57,164 bases of DNA from an uncultured Candidatus Saccharibacteria bacterium. Its GTDB lineage: Bacteria; Patescibacteriota; UBA1384; DATEAH01; CAYPSR01. The DNA lies in the NCBI GenBank assembly GCA_964448035.1, contig CAYUUY010000001.1, forward strand, positions 1 through 57,164. Reading direction: 5' to 3'. Below the pieces are notes generated by a model. It was not told where the DNA came from. It ran no database searches and saw only the letters and a program-made list of their open reading frames with translations. The position numbers were made by a program, and so were the translations under genes. This document shows positions 43,998 through 53,516 of the stretch, piece by piece (the first letter of the stretch is position 1; every line of letters starts with the position of its first letter).

Positions 43998-44745
43998 TCA
44001 TTTATTTTTTCTTAAATTATCTTTAGCCCATAAAGGTTGTAGGTTTGTGTAGTGGAAAACATTTCTTTTGTTCAGATTCTTTACTTAGATCAAACCTACA
44101 ACACGGTTTAATGTGATCTATATGCCAACCGTGTAAACTGTGATTATCCCAAGTCATTCCTTCTTTGAATTGTGATTCAAGATGATATTTTAATTTATTT
44201 ATTGAACACCCCAGCAAATCTAAAGTTTTTCCTTTTTTAAAATTACCATTTAATGCCAAATTTAATCTAGTTCTTAAAAGAACCTTTATTTTGTAATTTA
44301 TATCGGAATCGTATTTGTTTTTTAATCTGCGTTTAATCTTTTTTTTGTTTAATATTCGATACTCTTTAAAATATTGAGCGTATTCTTTTTTATGCTCGAT
44401 TTTATATTTTTTGTTCATTTCTCCGAGTATTTGTTTATTTTTTTCATAATATATTTTATTATAATTAGGATTTAAATTATTAAATTTTTCCGTGGTTTTT
44501 TTCTTTTTTTCCTGACATGTTTTATCAAGTTTATATATTTCATGATAATTTTTTCGTGATTGAAAATTACATTTTTCTTTATTATTAGAATAATATAGAC
44601 TTGTCTGTATATTATGACATTTACTACAATTATTTCTATATCTATTAGTATCTTTTCTAAAATGAAATGCATATAAAGATTTTTCTTGTTTACATTTTGT
44701 ACAAATTTTAGTTTTCATATATCTTTTAGTTTCAAGTAGTGGCAT
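43998..44745 (-). pseudogene. HNH homing endonuclease with a 3' frameshift in a T4 run (plus-strand A run 44056-44059)
   Basis: 'KTKICTKCK' zinc finger, 'GWHIDHIKPC' HNH core. The annotated frame ends 'CFPLHKPTTFMG*', but shifting one nt gives 'CFHYTNLQPLWAKDNLRKNK*' (canonical HNH tail) ending at 43998. Confidence 0.6.
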
Positions 44746-45364
44746 ATTTTATTACTAAAACTGGTGCTTCGGAACCTGCTAATGTTTGTGTTGCACTTAT
44801 TACCACTTTTAGTTGACAATAAAGATTTTTAGCAACTGTCAATGCACCATTTTGATTGTTTAAAAAAAGAAAATTCCCTGATCCACTTCCGGCAAGTCGA
44901 GAACCTACCCATCCAACACCTGGCAATCCATCTGTAGTGGTGATTCCTCTCCACCATGAACTAGATGCCACCCCACCACCAAGAGATGTGTTATCGATTG
45001 AATCAAGATCAGTATTATCCCATATTTCTAGGACTGGCTCTGATGAGGTACTGCCATCAAACGAAAAACCAAAAACATAGCGTGAGTTAGATGATCCTGC
45101 TAATTCTATCTCTTTATAAATACCGGCCGAATTATCCGCTAATAAATATTTATCTATGGTTATTTCTGAACCAGTTAAAATAACTCCAGCCTGATTCAAT
45201 GCGTCTTCTCCTGCAATAACTTCACCATCTTTTACAGTATCACTCCCAGCCGTTATTATAAGTTCGTCATTGTCGGTATCTACCAATAAAAACTCTGATC
45301 CGCTAGTACCTAATGCCGAATCTTGACTTCCTATGTTGGCATAAATTTCTAATGTTGTGCTCAT
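44732..45364 (-). CDS. hypothetical tail protein flanked by two HNH genes
   Basis: 210-aa Gly/Ser/Thr-rich ORF. Confidence 0.5.
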   Translation of the reverse strand: MSTTLEIYANIGSQDSALGTSGSEFLLVDTDNDELIITAGSDTVKDGEVIAGEDALNQAGVILTGSEITIDKYLLADNSAGIYKEIELAGSSNSRYVFGFSFDGSTSSEPVLEIWDNTDLDSIDNTSLGGGVASSSWWRGITTTDGLPGVGWVGSRLAGSGSGNFLFLNNQNGALTVAKNLYCQLKVVISATQTLAGSEAPVLVIKYATT

Positions 45365-46338
45365 TATTTTGCTCCTTTTAATATATTATTTTCCATTATA
45401 TAAGTATAATATGCGAACCAGTAATCTCTGTGTTTGTTTGCTTTAGAATTACATTTAACACATAAAGTAATTAAATTTGATTCTTTACAGTTTTGTTTGT
45501 TATAGTCCATATGATGTACTGTTAATGATCTATTATATTTTTTAAAATGTGTAATATCACTCATATTACATTTTTTACATATAAAATTGTCTCTTGTGCG
45601 TATTTTTAATTTTAATATTGGTGTCCATTTTGGTGAATATGGTAAAAAACTAACACCACCTTTCCAATTATGATTACCATTTCCTACACAGTGTTTATTA
45701 TAACATGATCTACAATATTTTATGGTTCTTTTATAATCGCATAAATCTTTTCCGCAATCTATACATTTTGGTTTTCCACCCTTATAATTTGAATTGTTTT
45801 TCCCATATCTATTACCATAATCAATATCAAGTTGTTTTTTATATAATTTGTTGCAATTCCAACATCTTTTGTTTTTATAATCTATTGTTTTACCACAGTC
45901 TAAACACTTGGGTTTAGCGTTTTTATAATTAGGATTATTTATTGAAATACTCTTCCATGTTTGGTAACAATCCTTACATCTTTTTGATTTCCAACCTAAT
46001 TCCTTTCCACAATCAAAACAATGATATTTTTTTGCATATCTTTTGCCAAAATTTGAACTAAAAACACCTTTTTGTGAACATGACTTGCATCGTTTTGATG
46101 AATATTTAATTGTTTTTTCACAATCAATACATTTATTTATTTTTCTGTTTTTATGTGAATATTCATTACTACATTTGCTACATCTCGTTGATTTAAATCG
46201 TATCTCTTTTTTGCAATCAACACAATATTTTTTTGGTTTGATTTTTAATTTATGTTTATTATGGCAAGCCATGCACCTTACACAGTGTTTTGCTGATAAT
46301 ATTTTTCCACAATCCAAACAATGATTTTCCATAATCAT
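45364..46338 (-). mobile_element. HNH homing endonuclease with six tandem zinc-ribbon repeats
   Basis: Repeats 'C(L/I/V/F)DC(G/K/E)K.I....(K/S).RC..C' x6, then 'LTVHHMDYNKQNCKESNLITLCVKCN' HNH motif. Confidence 0.75.
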
Positions 46339-46352
46339 ACCTTAATTGTTAT

Positions 46353-46760
46353 TTAAACCCACGAATTTCCCAATAATCGTAATGTAAATCTTTGTGTATT
46401 TGTCCTCTTGCTTGGTTCTAATTCAATGGGTTCTAATCTTATTACTTTTATTGAATCGTATGTTGAAACTGATTTATCGACCCTTAATGTATAACGTGTA
46501 TTCATAAGTATGGTGTTTTTTAATGCAAATATTTTAGTTGTTAAATCTGTATAATTATCGGCAGTCAATACTCCGCTTATTTCTATTGTATATGTTTTAT
46601 TGCCACCAGGAATAATAATTGCTCCTACACTCCTAAGATTGGTAATTTCTACATAACTGGCTTGTTCTAATGGCCAATTTGTATTTAAAACATTTTCAAT
46701 ATCATAAATTAATGTCGTATTTGCAGAATCGTATATTTTAAATGATGGACTCCATGTCAT
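46353..46760 (-). CDS. Putative distal tail protein
   Basis: Position immediately downstream of the tape measure gene; 135 aa. Confidence 0.35.
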   Translation of the reverse strand: MTWSPSFKIYDSANTTLIYDIENVLNTNWPLEQASYVEITNLRSVGAIIIPGGNKTYTIEISGVLTADNYTDLTTKIFALKNTILMNTRYTLRVDKSVSTYDSIKVIRLEPIELEPSKRTNTQRFTLRLLGNSWV

Positions 46761-46771
46761 AGTTAATACCT

Positions 46772-49700
46772 CTACAATATTCTATTTTGTTTTCCTGTAA
46801 GTGCTGTTGTTAACGATCTATATATTTCCGATCCTACTTTGGATAATTGTTTTGATACTTCGGTCATAAATTTGCTCTCTACTTCACTTAATGCCGAAAT
46901 ATCGATTTGGGCATTTACTGTTACAGGAGCACTTACTGTAGTTGGAACTTGTTGTTTTTCTACTTGCATTGCTTTTCGTTCTTGTGCTTCAAAATCTTGT
47001 CCTCTTTGACCATAATCCCATTCCATTGTTCTAAAAAGATTAGGCCCAACAGTATGCGATTCTGCTCCTAATGCAACTTTAGGTAAGAATGCTTCAAAAA
47101 TACTCATTGATTGTTTTGATAAATTAACTTCGGGTATTATTTTTGATTTATCAGCAACCAATTTCTCTAAATCAGCATTTGATATTAGTCCTTCAGATGA
47201 AGAAATTGCTTTTTGCCGTTCTTTAAGTAATTCTTCAATTTTTGGATCAACAACTTTTGGTTCAATACCAACGGTTTTTCCTGTTGGTTGTACACCAATA
47301 AGCGTTTTATCAAATTTATCAATAGATTTTTGGAATATATTGACAGCATCACGCATGGTCAATGATGTTTTTGCCATAGAAATTCCAGCATTTCTAATTC
47401 CTTCATCGGCAATAGGAAGTGTTATTCCCGCACCACCTTTTAAACCTTTTTCTCCTGGAACTGTTTGTCCCTTAAAAAACGCTTGTGCTTGTTGATCTTT
47501 ATATATATCAGCAAATTCTTTTTTAAATATATCTACTGCTTCACCACCACGTCTAACAAAAGAATTAAAATCTACTTCACCAGATAAAACTTTGCTTATT
47601 TTTTTAGCAATATCTGTTCCAGATTCTTTAGCAATGTCAAATAGTTTTTCACCTCTAGAACTTACTTTTGTTTGTAATTCTTTTTCTTCTCGTATTGCTT
47701 TTTCTCGTTCTAACCTTTTTTCAACAAGGTCTAATCCTTTTTCTTCAATACTTAATTGTTTACGTAATACTTCTTCGGCTTTTAATACTTCGGAAGTTAA
47801 TAATCCTTGTGTTTTTAATCTTTCTAATTCATTTTTTAATACAGCCTCTGCTATTTTTTTTCTATCTTCTTCTACAATAACAGATTTCACAGATTCCTTA
47901 ACAGCATTTTGTTGTGCTTTTTTAAAATTGTCTGTTAAGTTTACACCACCCAAAATTTCTTTCAATCTATCAACGTATTGTTTCTTTTGTGATTCTGTAA
48001 TATCGATATTTAATTTATCAAATTCTAAGTCTAAACTTAGTTTTTTTACTGTTTCCATTGATAGTTTACCCTTAAACGCTTTTTGAAGTTGCGTAGAAAA
48101 GTCCTCATGTGCTTTAATCTTTGGATCAAGTGATAATTCTAATTCTATTTTATTTAATTGGTTTTTTATAACATCATTTTTTATATTTTCAAGATGCTGT
48201 GGTAAAAGTTTTGCATCCTCATTCATTTGGTCAAAATCTAAGGTGATTAAGTCCTTAAAAAGAAGACCAATCTCACCAGCACCAACACCTACAGAACCAA
48301 AAATAGCATTTATTCCAATACCAAAATCTTTTGAACCAGTTAACATTTCTTTTAAACTAGCATTTATCAACTGTAATGAATCATTAAAATCTTCACCACC
48401 AACAACACCTGAAATGAATGCTTTTCCTATTTCTGTTCGTAAATTTTTAAATTGTTCAACTTGTCTAAACGTTTGTTTGTTTAAATCATCAAATTCATCT
48501 GTTAGTTTACTAAAATCACCACTGATATCTATCATTTTTTTAATTTCAGAGTTTAAAGCTGTTAAACCTTTTATTGATTCTCCTGCACGAATTCCAAACA
48601 AATCATTAATAGCTTGACTAGCTTTAACTGGATCAGCTTTGTGTAATTTCTCAATTGCATCGGTTATCAACAATAATCTTTCAAAAGTTGAATCCGTTGA
48701 TTTTAGATTAACACCAAGCACTTTTCCAAATTGGTCAAAATTTTTATGCATTTTAATAATAGCAGTAGATAATAATCGTGTACTTCTTGACCCTCTAATA
48801 CCGGCAGTATGTAAAGCAGAAATTAGAACAGATGACTCTTTTAATGATACATTGGCGTTTTTTGCAGTAGGGGCTAATCGTTCAATTGCGTTCGCAAATT
48901 CATCAATTTCAAAAGCATTATCCTTCCATAGTTCTGCTATTAATGCCAACATGCTTTCTAGTTCTGCACCTTTTGAACCAAATTCGTCAGTTCTACCACC
49001 CAAAACACGAAATGATCTAGCAACAGCGTTTGCTATTTGTTCTGTGTCACCAAAAAGTAATACTGCTGTTTTTGTAGAAGCTAAAGCACCAGCCATTGAT
49101 GTTTCGTAGTCTAACCCAGTTGTTTTAAATCTTTGAAAAGCTGTTGTTATATTTACAACAGATTCTCCTGTTTTAAGAGAAAACTCTTGTGCTGTTTTCT
49201 TTAATTTATTAAAGTTTGCTTCAATTTCTGAAGCTGATCCACCAATGTTACGTTTTGCTTTTTGAAATGCCCTATCCTGATCAACTAATGCACCTGCACC
49301 ATCACGCATTGTTTTTGAAACAGCTTGCATTGTTCCACGCAAAGCTATCCACACAGGAATAGTTAATGCGGCTCTTCCAACTAATCTTTTAATGTTTTCT
49401 CCCATAGAAAGAAAACCTTTATTTGCTTTTTCTGTCTCAACTTCCGTTTTACTAAATTGACCGGATACATCTTTCAAAGACGATTTTGTTTTTATTAATT
49501 TATCACCAACAAATGTTTGTGTCTGATTAAATTGTTTAAATTTACCATCTGTATCTTGTATTGCAACCCCTGTTTTTCGTATTGTTGCATCAACATCTTG
49601 CTTATTAAACCTTATTTTTCTATTTTCTATTTCATCTATATTTTTACCAATAACTCTTACTGCATTAGAATATCCTGCACTGAGAGAACTAGCCATTGAT

Positions 49701-49783
49701 TGATTGACTTGTTCAACACGCTTTGCACCTTTTACAGCGTCTGATATATCACTTAAATATTCAATAATGTATTTACTAGACAT
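46772..49783 (-). CDS. Tail tape measure protein
   Basis: 1003 aa, largely helical/coiled-coil. Core resembles the TP901-type TMP region ('SALHTAGIRGSRSTRLLSTAIIKM'); canonical position after chaperone-position genes. Confidence 0.85.
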   Translation of the reverse strand: MSSKYIIEYLSDISDAVKGAKRVEQVNQSMASSLSAGYSNAVRVIGKNIDEIENRKIRFNKQDVDATIRKTGVAIQDTDGKFKQFNQTQTFVGDKLIKTKSSLKDVSGQFSKTEVETEKANKGFLSMGENIKRLVGRAALTIPVWIALRGTMQAVSKTMRDGAGALVDQDRAFQKAKRNIGGSASEIEANFNKLKKTAQEFSLKTGESVVNITTAFQRFKTTGLDYETSMAGALASTKTAVLLFGDTEQIANAVARSFRVLGGRTDEFGSKGAELESMLALIAELWKDNAFEIDEFANAIERLAPTAKNANVSLKESSVLISALHTAGIRGSRSTRLLSTAIIKMHKNFDQFGKVLGVNLKSTDSTFERLLLITDAIEKLHKADPVKASQAINDLFGIRAGESIKGLTALNSEIKKMIDISGDFSKLTDEFDDLNKQTFRQVEQFKNLRTEIGKAFISGVVGGEDFNDSLQLINASLKEMLTGSKDFGIGINAIFGSVGVGAGEIGLLFKDLITLDFDQMNEDAKLLPQHLENIKNDVIKNQLNKIELELSLDPKIKAHEDFSTQLQKAFKGKLSMETVKKLSLDLEFDKLNIDITESQKKQYVDRLKEILGGVNLTDNFKKAQQNAVKESVKSVIVEEDRKKIAEAVLKNELERLKTQGLLTSEVLKAEEVLRKQLSIEEKGLDLVEKRLEREKAIREEKELQTKVSSRGEKLFDIAKESGTDIAKKISKVLSGEVDFNSFVRRGGEAVDIFKKEFADIYKDQQAQAFFKGQTVPGEKGLKGGAGITLPIADEGIRNAGISMAKTSLTMRDAVNIFQKSIDKFDKTLIGVQPTGKTVGIEPKVVDPKIEELLKERQKAISSSEGLISNADLEKLVADKSKIIPEVNLSKQSMSIFEAFLPKVALGAESHTVGPNLFRTMEWDYGQRGQDFEAQERKAMQVEKQQVPTTVSAPVTVNAQIDISALSEVESKFMTEVSKQLSKVGSEIYRSLTTALTGKQNRIL

Positions 49784-49786
49784 TAA

Positions 49787-50161
49787 TTATACACTCCTCA
49801 TATCCACATTGCAATATGTTTGCTTTCCTTGTTTTGATCCTTTAATATGCTGTCTGCCTTTTTCTTCTTCTTTATATTTTAATCTTTCGGATTCATGCTT
49901 CTTTTGCCTCCAATATAAAAAAGCGTCACATCTAACATTATCATTAATTAGTTCTTCATCTAAAAAATCATATTCTTTTGAATAAAAATCTTCATAAATA
50001 GAATGATATACCTTTAACCAATATATAAATAAAATCTGTAGTCCACTAAAATTCGATGTGTTAAAAAATAAAGCCATATTTGACAATTCTTTTGATCCTT
50101 GAAATAAGTTTTGCCAAAAAGTACTTCTAGCTAATTTTCTTATTTCTTTTTCAAAATTCAT
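49787..50161 (-). CDS. hypothetical protein at the tail assembly chaperone position
   Basis: Position between the major tail and tape measure genes. Confidence 0.4.
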   Translation of the reverse strand: MNFEKEIRKLARSTFWQNLFQGSKELSNMALFFNTSNFSGLQILFIYWLKVYHSIYEDFYSKEYDFLDEELINDNVRCDAFLYWRQKKHESERLKYKEEEKGRQHIKGSKQGKQTYCNVDMRSV

Positions 50162-50162
50162 T

Positions 50163-50792
50163 TTAACCTCTCATATTTAATAGTAACCATGTCATATATG
50201 TAATAGCATAATCAGTAACAGTGATATCTTCTTTTTGATAATCTTCAAAAGTTTCCCATTTTTTAACCCATATGTTATCACTCATACATTTTTCAATACA
50301 CATTGATGTTAGACGTTCTATATATGCTTTTTCTAATTGTGTTTCTAATGATTCTACTAATTGATTAGATATTTCAATAGATATATCTTTTATTTTATCT
50401 CTTAACATTTTTTCTTCTTCTTTAAAATTTTCAATACTGACAACTTCAGTAGAATGTCTAACTGCTAAATTTATCCAAACAGATTGTAAATCTTCTACTA
50501 ATTTCTTTTTTTGATCTTCAAGTTCTTCAATATCAGCAACACCACTTTCTTTAAGCAGTACAACAAGTTTCTTTTTGGTAACACAATTTCCTGATCTCAT
50601 TATTTCCAATTTTTTAGCGTTTCTATATTCTTCGGCAATAGACTGTTCTGATTGATTGGGCATTCTTGCTCTTAACAAAGCAGTACCCATAGGAATTAAT
50701 ACTTTATTATCTTGTATTAAACTTGAATTTAAAAAATTATCCTCTAAATCTGCAACTGCATCATTAAAATTATCTACTAATTCATTGCTCAT
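50163..50792 (-). CDS. hypothetical protein at the tail assembly chaperone position
   Basis: Acidic 209-aa ORF upstream of the tape measure gene. Confidence 0.4.
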   Translation of the reverse strand: MSNELVDNFNDAVADLEDNFLNSSLIQDNKVLIPMGTALLRARMPNQSEQSIAEEYRNAKKLEIMRSGNCVTKKKLVVLLKESGVADIEELEDQKKKLVEDLQSVWINLAVRHSTEVVSIENFKEEEKMLRDKIKDISIEISNQLVESLETQLEKAYIERLTSMCIEKCMSDNIWVKKWETFEDYQKEDITVTDYAITYMTWLLLNMRG

Positions 50793-50801
50793 TTTTTCTC
50801 C

Positions 50802-50996
50802 TTAATTAAAATTAACACCATTTGAAAAATTTTGATCATCTTCTTCATATGGATAATCCGGTATTTGGTTTACATTATAAACCATATTGTTAGTTGTTAC
50901 ATTTGGTTTTTGGTTAAGTATGCACATTCTTAAACTATCAAGTTCACGTTTTAAATAAGTTATTTCTATTTCTAAATTTTTAATACGATCTTCCAT
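50802..50996 (-). CDS. small coiled-coil protein
   Basis: 64-aa ORF with AAAGGA RBS after the terminator. Confidence 0.45.
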   Translation of the reverse strand: MEDRIKNLEIEITYLKRELDSLRMCILNQKPNVTTNNMVYNVNQIPDYPYEEDDQNFSNGVNFN

Positions 50997-51013
50997 GATA
51001 ATCCTTTCATAAT

Positions 51014-51043
51014 AAAAAAGCCGTCCTATATGGCATAGGATGG
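51014..51043 (-). terminator. Rho-independent terminator (minus strand)
   Basis: Minus strand reads CCATCCTAT-gcca-TATAGGACGG followed by CTTTTTT; sits at the stop codon of the 51044-51286 gene. Confidence 0.6.
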
Positions 51044-51286
51044 CTATGTTAGTTTAACTTCAGAGTATCCATCAGCAAATGTAGTGATTATTTTGACTCT
51101 ATAAGCACTAGATGTATGTATCCGACTTTTTACATTTTGCTTAATCAACTCTAAAGCGGCGTTCTTATTGATTTCTGTTTTTTGCAAATCTTCAATAAAT
51201 GAACAGATTTCTTTTATGAATACCTTGCTAGATAATGATTCAATTTTTTCCAATTGATTATTTGGAATAGTAATCATTTTTGCCAT
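51044..51286 (-). CDS. hypothetical protein
   Basis: 80-aa ORF with AAGGATG-type RBS. Confidence 0.5.
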   Translation of the reverse strand: MAKMITIPNNQLEKIESLSSKVFIKEICSFIEDLQKTEINKNAALELIKQNVKSRIHTSSAYRVKIITTFADGYSEVKLT

Positions 51287-51318
51287 CCTTAACTTCCATT
51301 TTAATAATTAGTTGCACA

Positions 51319-51395
51319 TTTGAGGACGTGGTGTATTTTAGTTTAATCCTAATCACGAAGATTAGTTTACAACCACTTAACCTCAAAGTTTTTTT
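51319..51395 (+). other. Three-tier stem-loop followed by T7 run (candidate antisense small RNA or plus-strand terminator)
   Basis: Outer stem TTTGAGG 51319-25 / CCTCAAA 51381-87. Middle stem GTGGTGTA 51328-35 / TACAACCAC 51368-76. Apical stem CTAATC 51349-54 / GATTAG 51360-65. Then GTTTTTTT 51388-95. Confidence 0.35.
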
Positions 51396-51469
51396 AATAA
51401 TAACTTGATTACTTGGATATGATAATCAGGGAAACCTAATACCAACTTTTACCCAAGTATCAAGATTGG

Positions 51470-51493
51470 TGAGGGAGATTAAATTCTCCCTCA
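51470..51493 (-). repeat. GC-rich hairpin, copy A (GAGGGAGA-N6-TCTCCCTC) 11 nt after the major tail gene stop
   Basis: The minus strand reads GAGGGAGAATTTAATCTCCCTC, identical to the plus strand at 56576-56597. Confidence 0.65.
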
Positions 51494-51503
51494 TTTTTAA
51501 AAA

Positions 51504-52754
51504 TTATGCATCTATGTTAGCTTCGACATCTGAAATTAAAACGTTATCACTCTGTAACGTGATCCCTTTGCTCCAGAACTCGTTAGCATTTACATCTCTA
51601 GAAGCATCACTATAAAATAAGCCAGTAATCTTAACTCCATGTAAAAACGTTGTTTTCTCTGGACTATCATAGACCTTCATACGAAAAACAAGATCAGTCG
51701 CAAAATGGTCAACATCTATGACTGGCCAACTTAATCCTGATTTACCCATTAAAACTTCTTCAATGGTTGAATTTTTTACACGACCATCCAATGTAAGATT
51801 AACTTGATAATTTTCTACTTCATTCAATTCCTTTGCCTTTTTACCAATAACAGCTTCAGAAATACGATTTAACGTTGCCGCAATATTTAATCCTGTTAAT
51901 TTGTCCAATGTTGTAACAACGGCTTGATCTGCTGATTCAAGAGTAATAGTTACACTATCGGCCTTAATCCTATAACTATCCACGTTGTTAACTGATGTTG
52001 GATCACCAGCTACAGGCCATGATGCCGCAGTGTAATACGCTTGATAAATATCATCAGTTGTTGCAGATACAATGGTCAATGTATTGTTGTAGTGATTGTA
52101 TGAGTAATCTGTGCCACTTACAAGCTCAGTAATAACTCCTGCTCTTTTTCTTGTAACTAAATATAAATATGCACCTGATGTATTTGGATTTTCAACTGGT
52201 GCTGGATCGCTTAATACGATGGCATATGAGCTTGTTGAATATCCCGAACCAGTGGTGTCTGTTTTTATAATTACATACTTATTTCCGTATTTTGCTATTC
52301 TATAATCATCTCCACTAAATTCAAATGTTCTTTCAAGTCTTGCCTGTGCATCCGCAATACCTATTGAAAATGAATTTAAACTCAATTTAGGAAGCCACAA
52401 TGTTTGTTCTAGTGTTCCACCAAATTCACCTTTTCCAACTGATATAAGGTCAATATAAGCATTTGAAAAATCACTTAATTGTAAACCACCTGCCGGTAAT
52501 GATGATTTGTTTGCAAAAATCAAAAATGAATTAAGTGAATCATATTCTAACTGTGTAATACTTAAAGATGTTTCAGGGATATCTAAATCAACAAACATTT
52601 TATCCCTACGTCCTTCTTCATAAAGCATTTCAAATGGTTGTGTATTACCAAAACCAAATGACTGAACCCTGTCTAAATCTTGTGCTGGTACTGCACCATC
52701 CCATGAGTATACTCGTGGTTTTGTTGCAGATGCGTGTCTAATTGCCTGTGCCAT
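51504..52754 (-). CDS. Probable major tail (tube) protein, large type
   Basis: 416-aa ORF between connector-type genes and the chaperone/tape measure genes, with no separate tube gene nearby; followed by a stable hairpin. Confidence 0.45.
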   Translation of the reverse strand: MAQAIRHASATKPRVYSWDGAVPAQDLDRVQSFGFGNTQPFEMLYEEGRRDKMFVDLDIPETSLSITQLEYDSLNSFLIFANKSSLPAGGLQLSDFSNAYIDLISVGKGEFGGTLEQTLWLPKLSLNSFSIGIADAQARLERTFEFSGDDYRIAKYGNKYVIIKTDTTGSGYSTSSYAIVLSDPAPVENPNTSGAYLYLVTRKRAGVITELVSGTDYSYNHYNNTLTIVSATTDDIYQAYYTAASWPVAGDPTSVNNVDSYRIKADSVTITLESADQAVVTTLDKLTGLNIAATLNRISEAVIGKKAKELNEVENYQVNLTLDGRVKNSTIEEVLMGKSGLSWPVIDVDHFATDLVFRMKVYDSPEKTTFLHGVKITGLFYSDASRDVNANEFWSKGITLQSDNVLISDVEANIDA

Positions 52755-52777
52755 TTTTTAATTCCTCCGTATATTTG

Positions 52778-53515
52778 TTATTTTCTTATTGTCCAAAAAT
52801 CAGATGCTAATGATTTTACATAATCAAATGGTAAAAAGAAATATCCATCTTTACCCCATTTATTTCCCCACGAATTACGAACAATTAATATTTTTTCTGA
52901 CTTGTCATATCCTACAGCTAAAACTGCGTGTCCACCTATTAAATTTTCGGTTTTTTGTGGCATTGGTATTATGCCTGTATTTGATACTTCAATTGTTTGA
53001 AATGAATCATACAAAGAAATTCCGAATACTACTGGATAACCTTCTGCTAAACAAGATAGAATATCTGATAATGTATACAATCTTTTGTAAGATGAAATCC
53101 TTCTTTTTAGTGCATCTCTATAACATTTTTTAGATGGTTTTATTTTAAATTTTTTAATTTCATAATCCCACAAATCTTCACTGCATACACCATTTTTTGC
53201 AAGTGTTTTTATTCCATCTCTAATAAAAGCACCAGAATCTTCATTTACTTTATTTATGATTTTTCTTTCATTGTAATAAATAAACAATCTACTTACATCG
53301 GCATAATCATTATCTGATTTTTTATCTAATAATTCTATATTTCCTGCAAGAGCCTGTGCTGTACAACTTCCCAAACTACCCTGATCTTCTATTTTGGAAC
53401 AAAATTCTCTTAAATCTACTTTGCTTGGTAAAAGAAAGCTGAATGTTCCTTTATATAAAAAATCTCTTTGATCTGGAACATCTGGAATCCATCCATAATT
53501 TTTTTTAATTGTCAT
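52778..53515 (-). CDS. Papain-family (C1A) cysteine peptidase
   Basis: 'QGSLGSCTAQA' (catalytic Cys), 'GGHAVLAVGYD' (His), 'NSWGNKWGKDGYF' (Asn/Trp), N-terminal 'YGWIPDVPDQRDF'. Start at 'MTIKKNYGW' (ATG 53515, AAGGA RBS); track start 53533. Confidence 0.8.
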   Translation of the reverse strand: MTIKKNYGWIPDVPDQRDFLYKGTFSFLLPSKVDLREFCSKIEDQGSLGSCTAQALAGNIELLDKKSDNDYADVSRLFIYYNERKIINKVNEDSGAFIRDGIKTLAKNGVCSEDLWDYEIKKFKIKPSKKCYRDALKRRISSYKRLYTLSDILSCLAEGYPVVFGISLYDSFQTIEVSNTGIIPMPQKTENLIGGHAVLAVGYDKSEKILIVRNSWGNKWGKDGYFFLPFDYVKSLASDFWTIRK

Positions 53516-53516
53516 A

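Noticed and set aside
50159-50165. Classical programmed -1 frameshift (G/GT-type) between the two chaperone-position ORFs upstream of the tape measure gene.
   Set aside because: The downstream ORF is in the +1 frame relative to the upstream one. Its frame is closed by a TGA four codons upstream of its ATG, so no overlapping extension or slippery heptamer is available.
51319-51395. Possible tRNA gene: a 7-bp outer stem like an acceptor stem and a central hairpin like an anticodon arm.
   Set aside because: Neither strand yields a D-arm or T-arm. The element is only 69 nt. The would-be anticodon loop has a non-purine at position 37 on the minus strand and no U33 on the plus strand. It is therefore treated as a generic structured element. 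No other tRNA-like cloverleaf was noticed.
51470-51493. The GC-rich hairpins (this one and 56576-56597) as ordinary rho-independent terminators of the late genes.
   Set aside because: In the sense (minus) direction neither hairpin is followed by a U-tract (ACCAAUCUUG and UCCACAACCA). A canonical terminator with a U-run does exist at 51014-51043, which shows what these signals look like in this genome.
1228-53133. About 50 track ORFs lying antisense to, or out of frame within, longer genes. Examples: 1228-1629(-), 1611-1961(-), 5659-5844(-), 10737-10937(+), 12397-12612(-), 12652-12846(-), 14057-14263(-), 14338-14556(-), 15055-15633(-), 17391-17576(-), 17830-18087(-), 18117-18332(-), 19197-19406(-), 19762-20157(-), 20506-20994(-), 20831-21037(+), 22684-22869(-), 23199-23674(-), 23874-24071(+), 27207-27745(-), 28190-28618, 28808-29161(-), 33300-33533(-), 34666-34944(+), 36603-36917(-), 37071-37274(+), 38762-39067(+), 44472-44672(-), 44856-45080(+), 45705-46324(+), 47592-49985(+), 52111-52305(+), 52789-53133(+).
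   Set aside because: They are fully embedded in longer ORFs that carry recognisable motifs or fit the operon packing. They have low-complexity F/I/L/N/S-rich translations typical of off-frame reading of AT-rich DNA, and no RBS or coupling signals.
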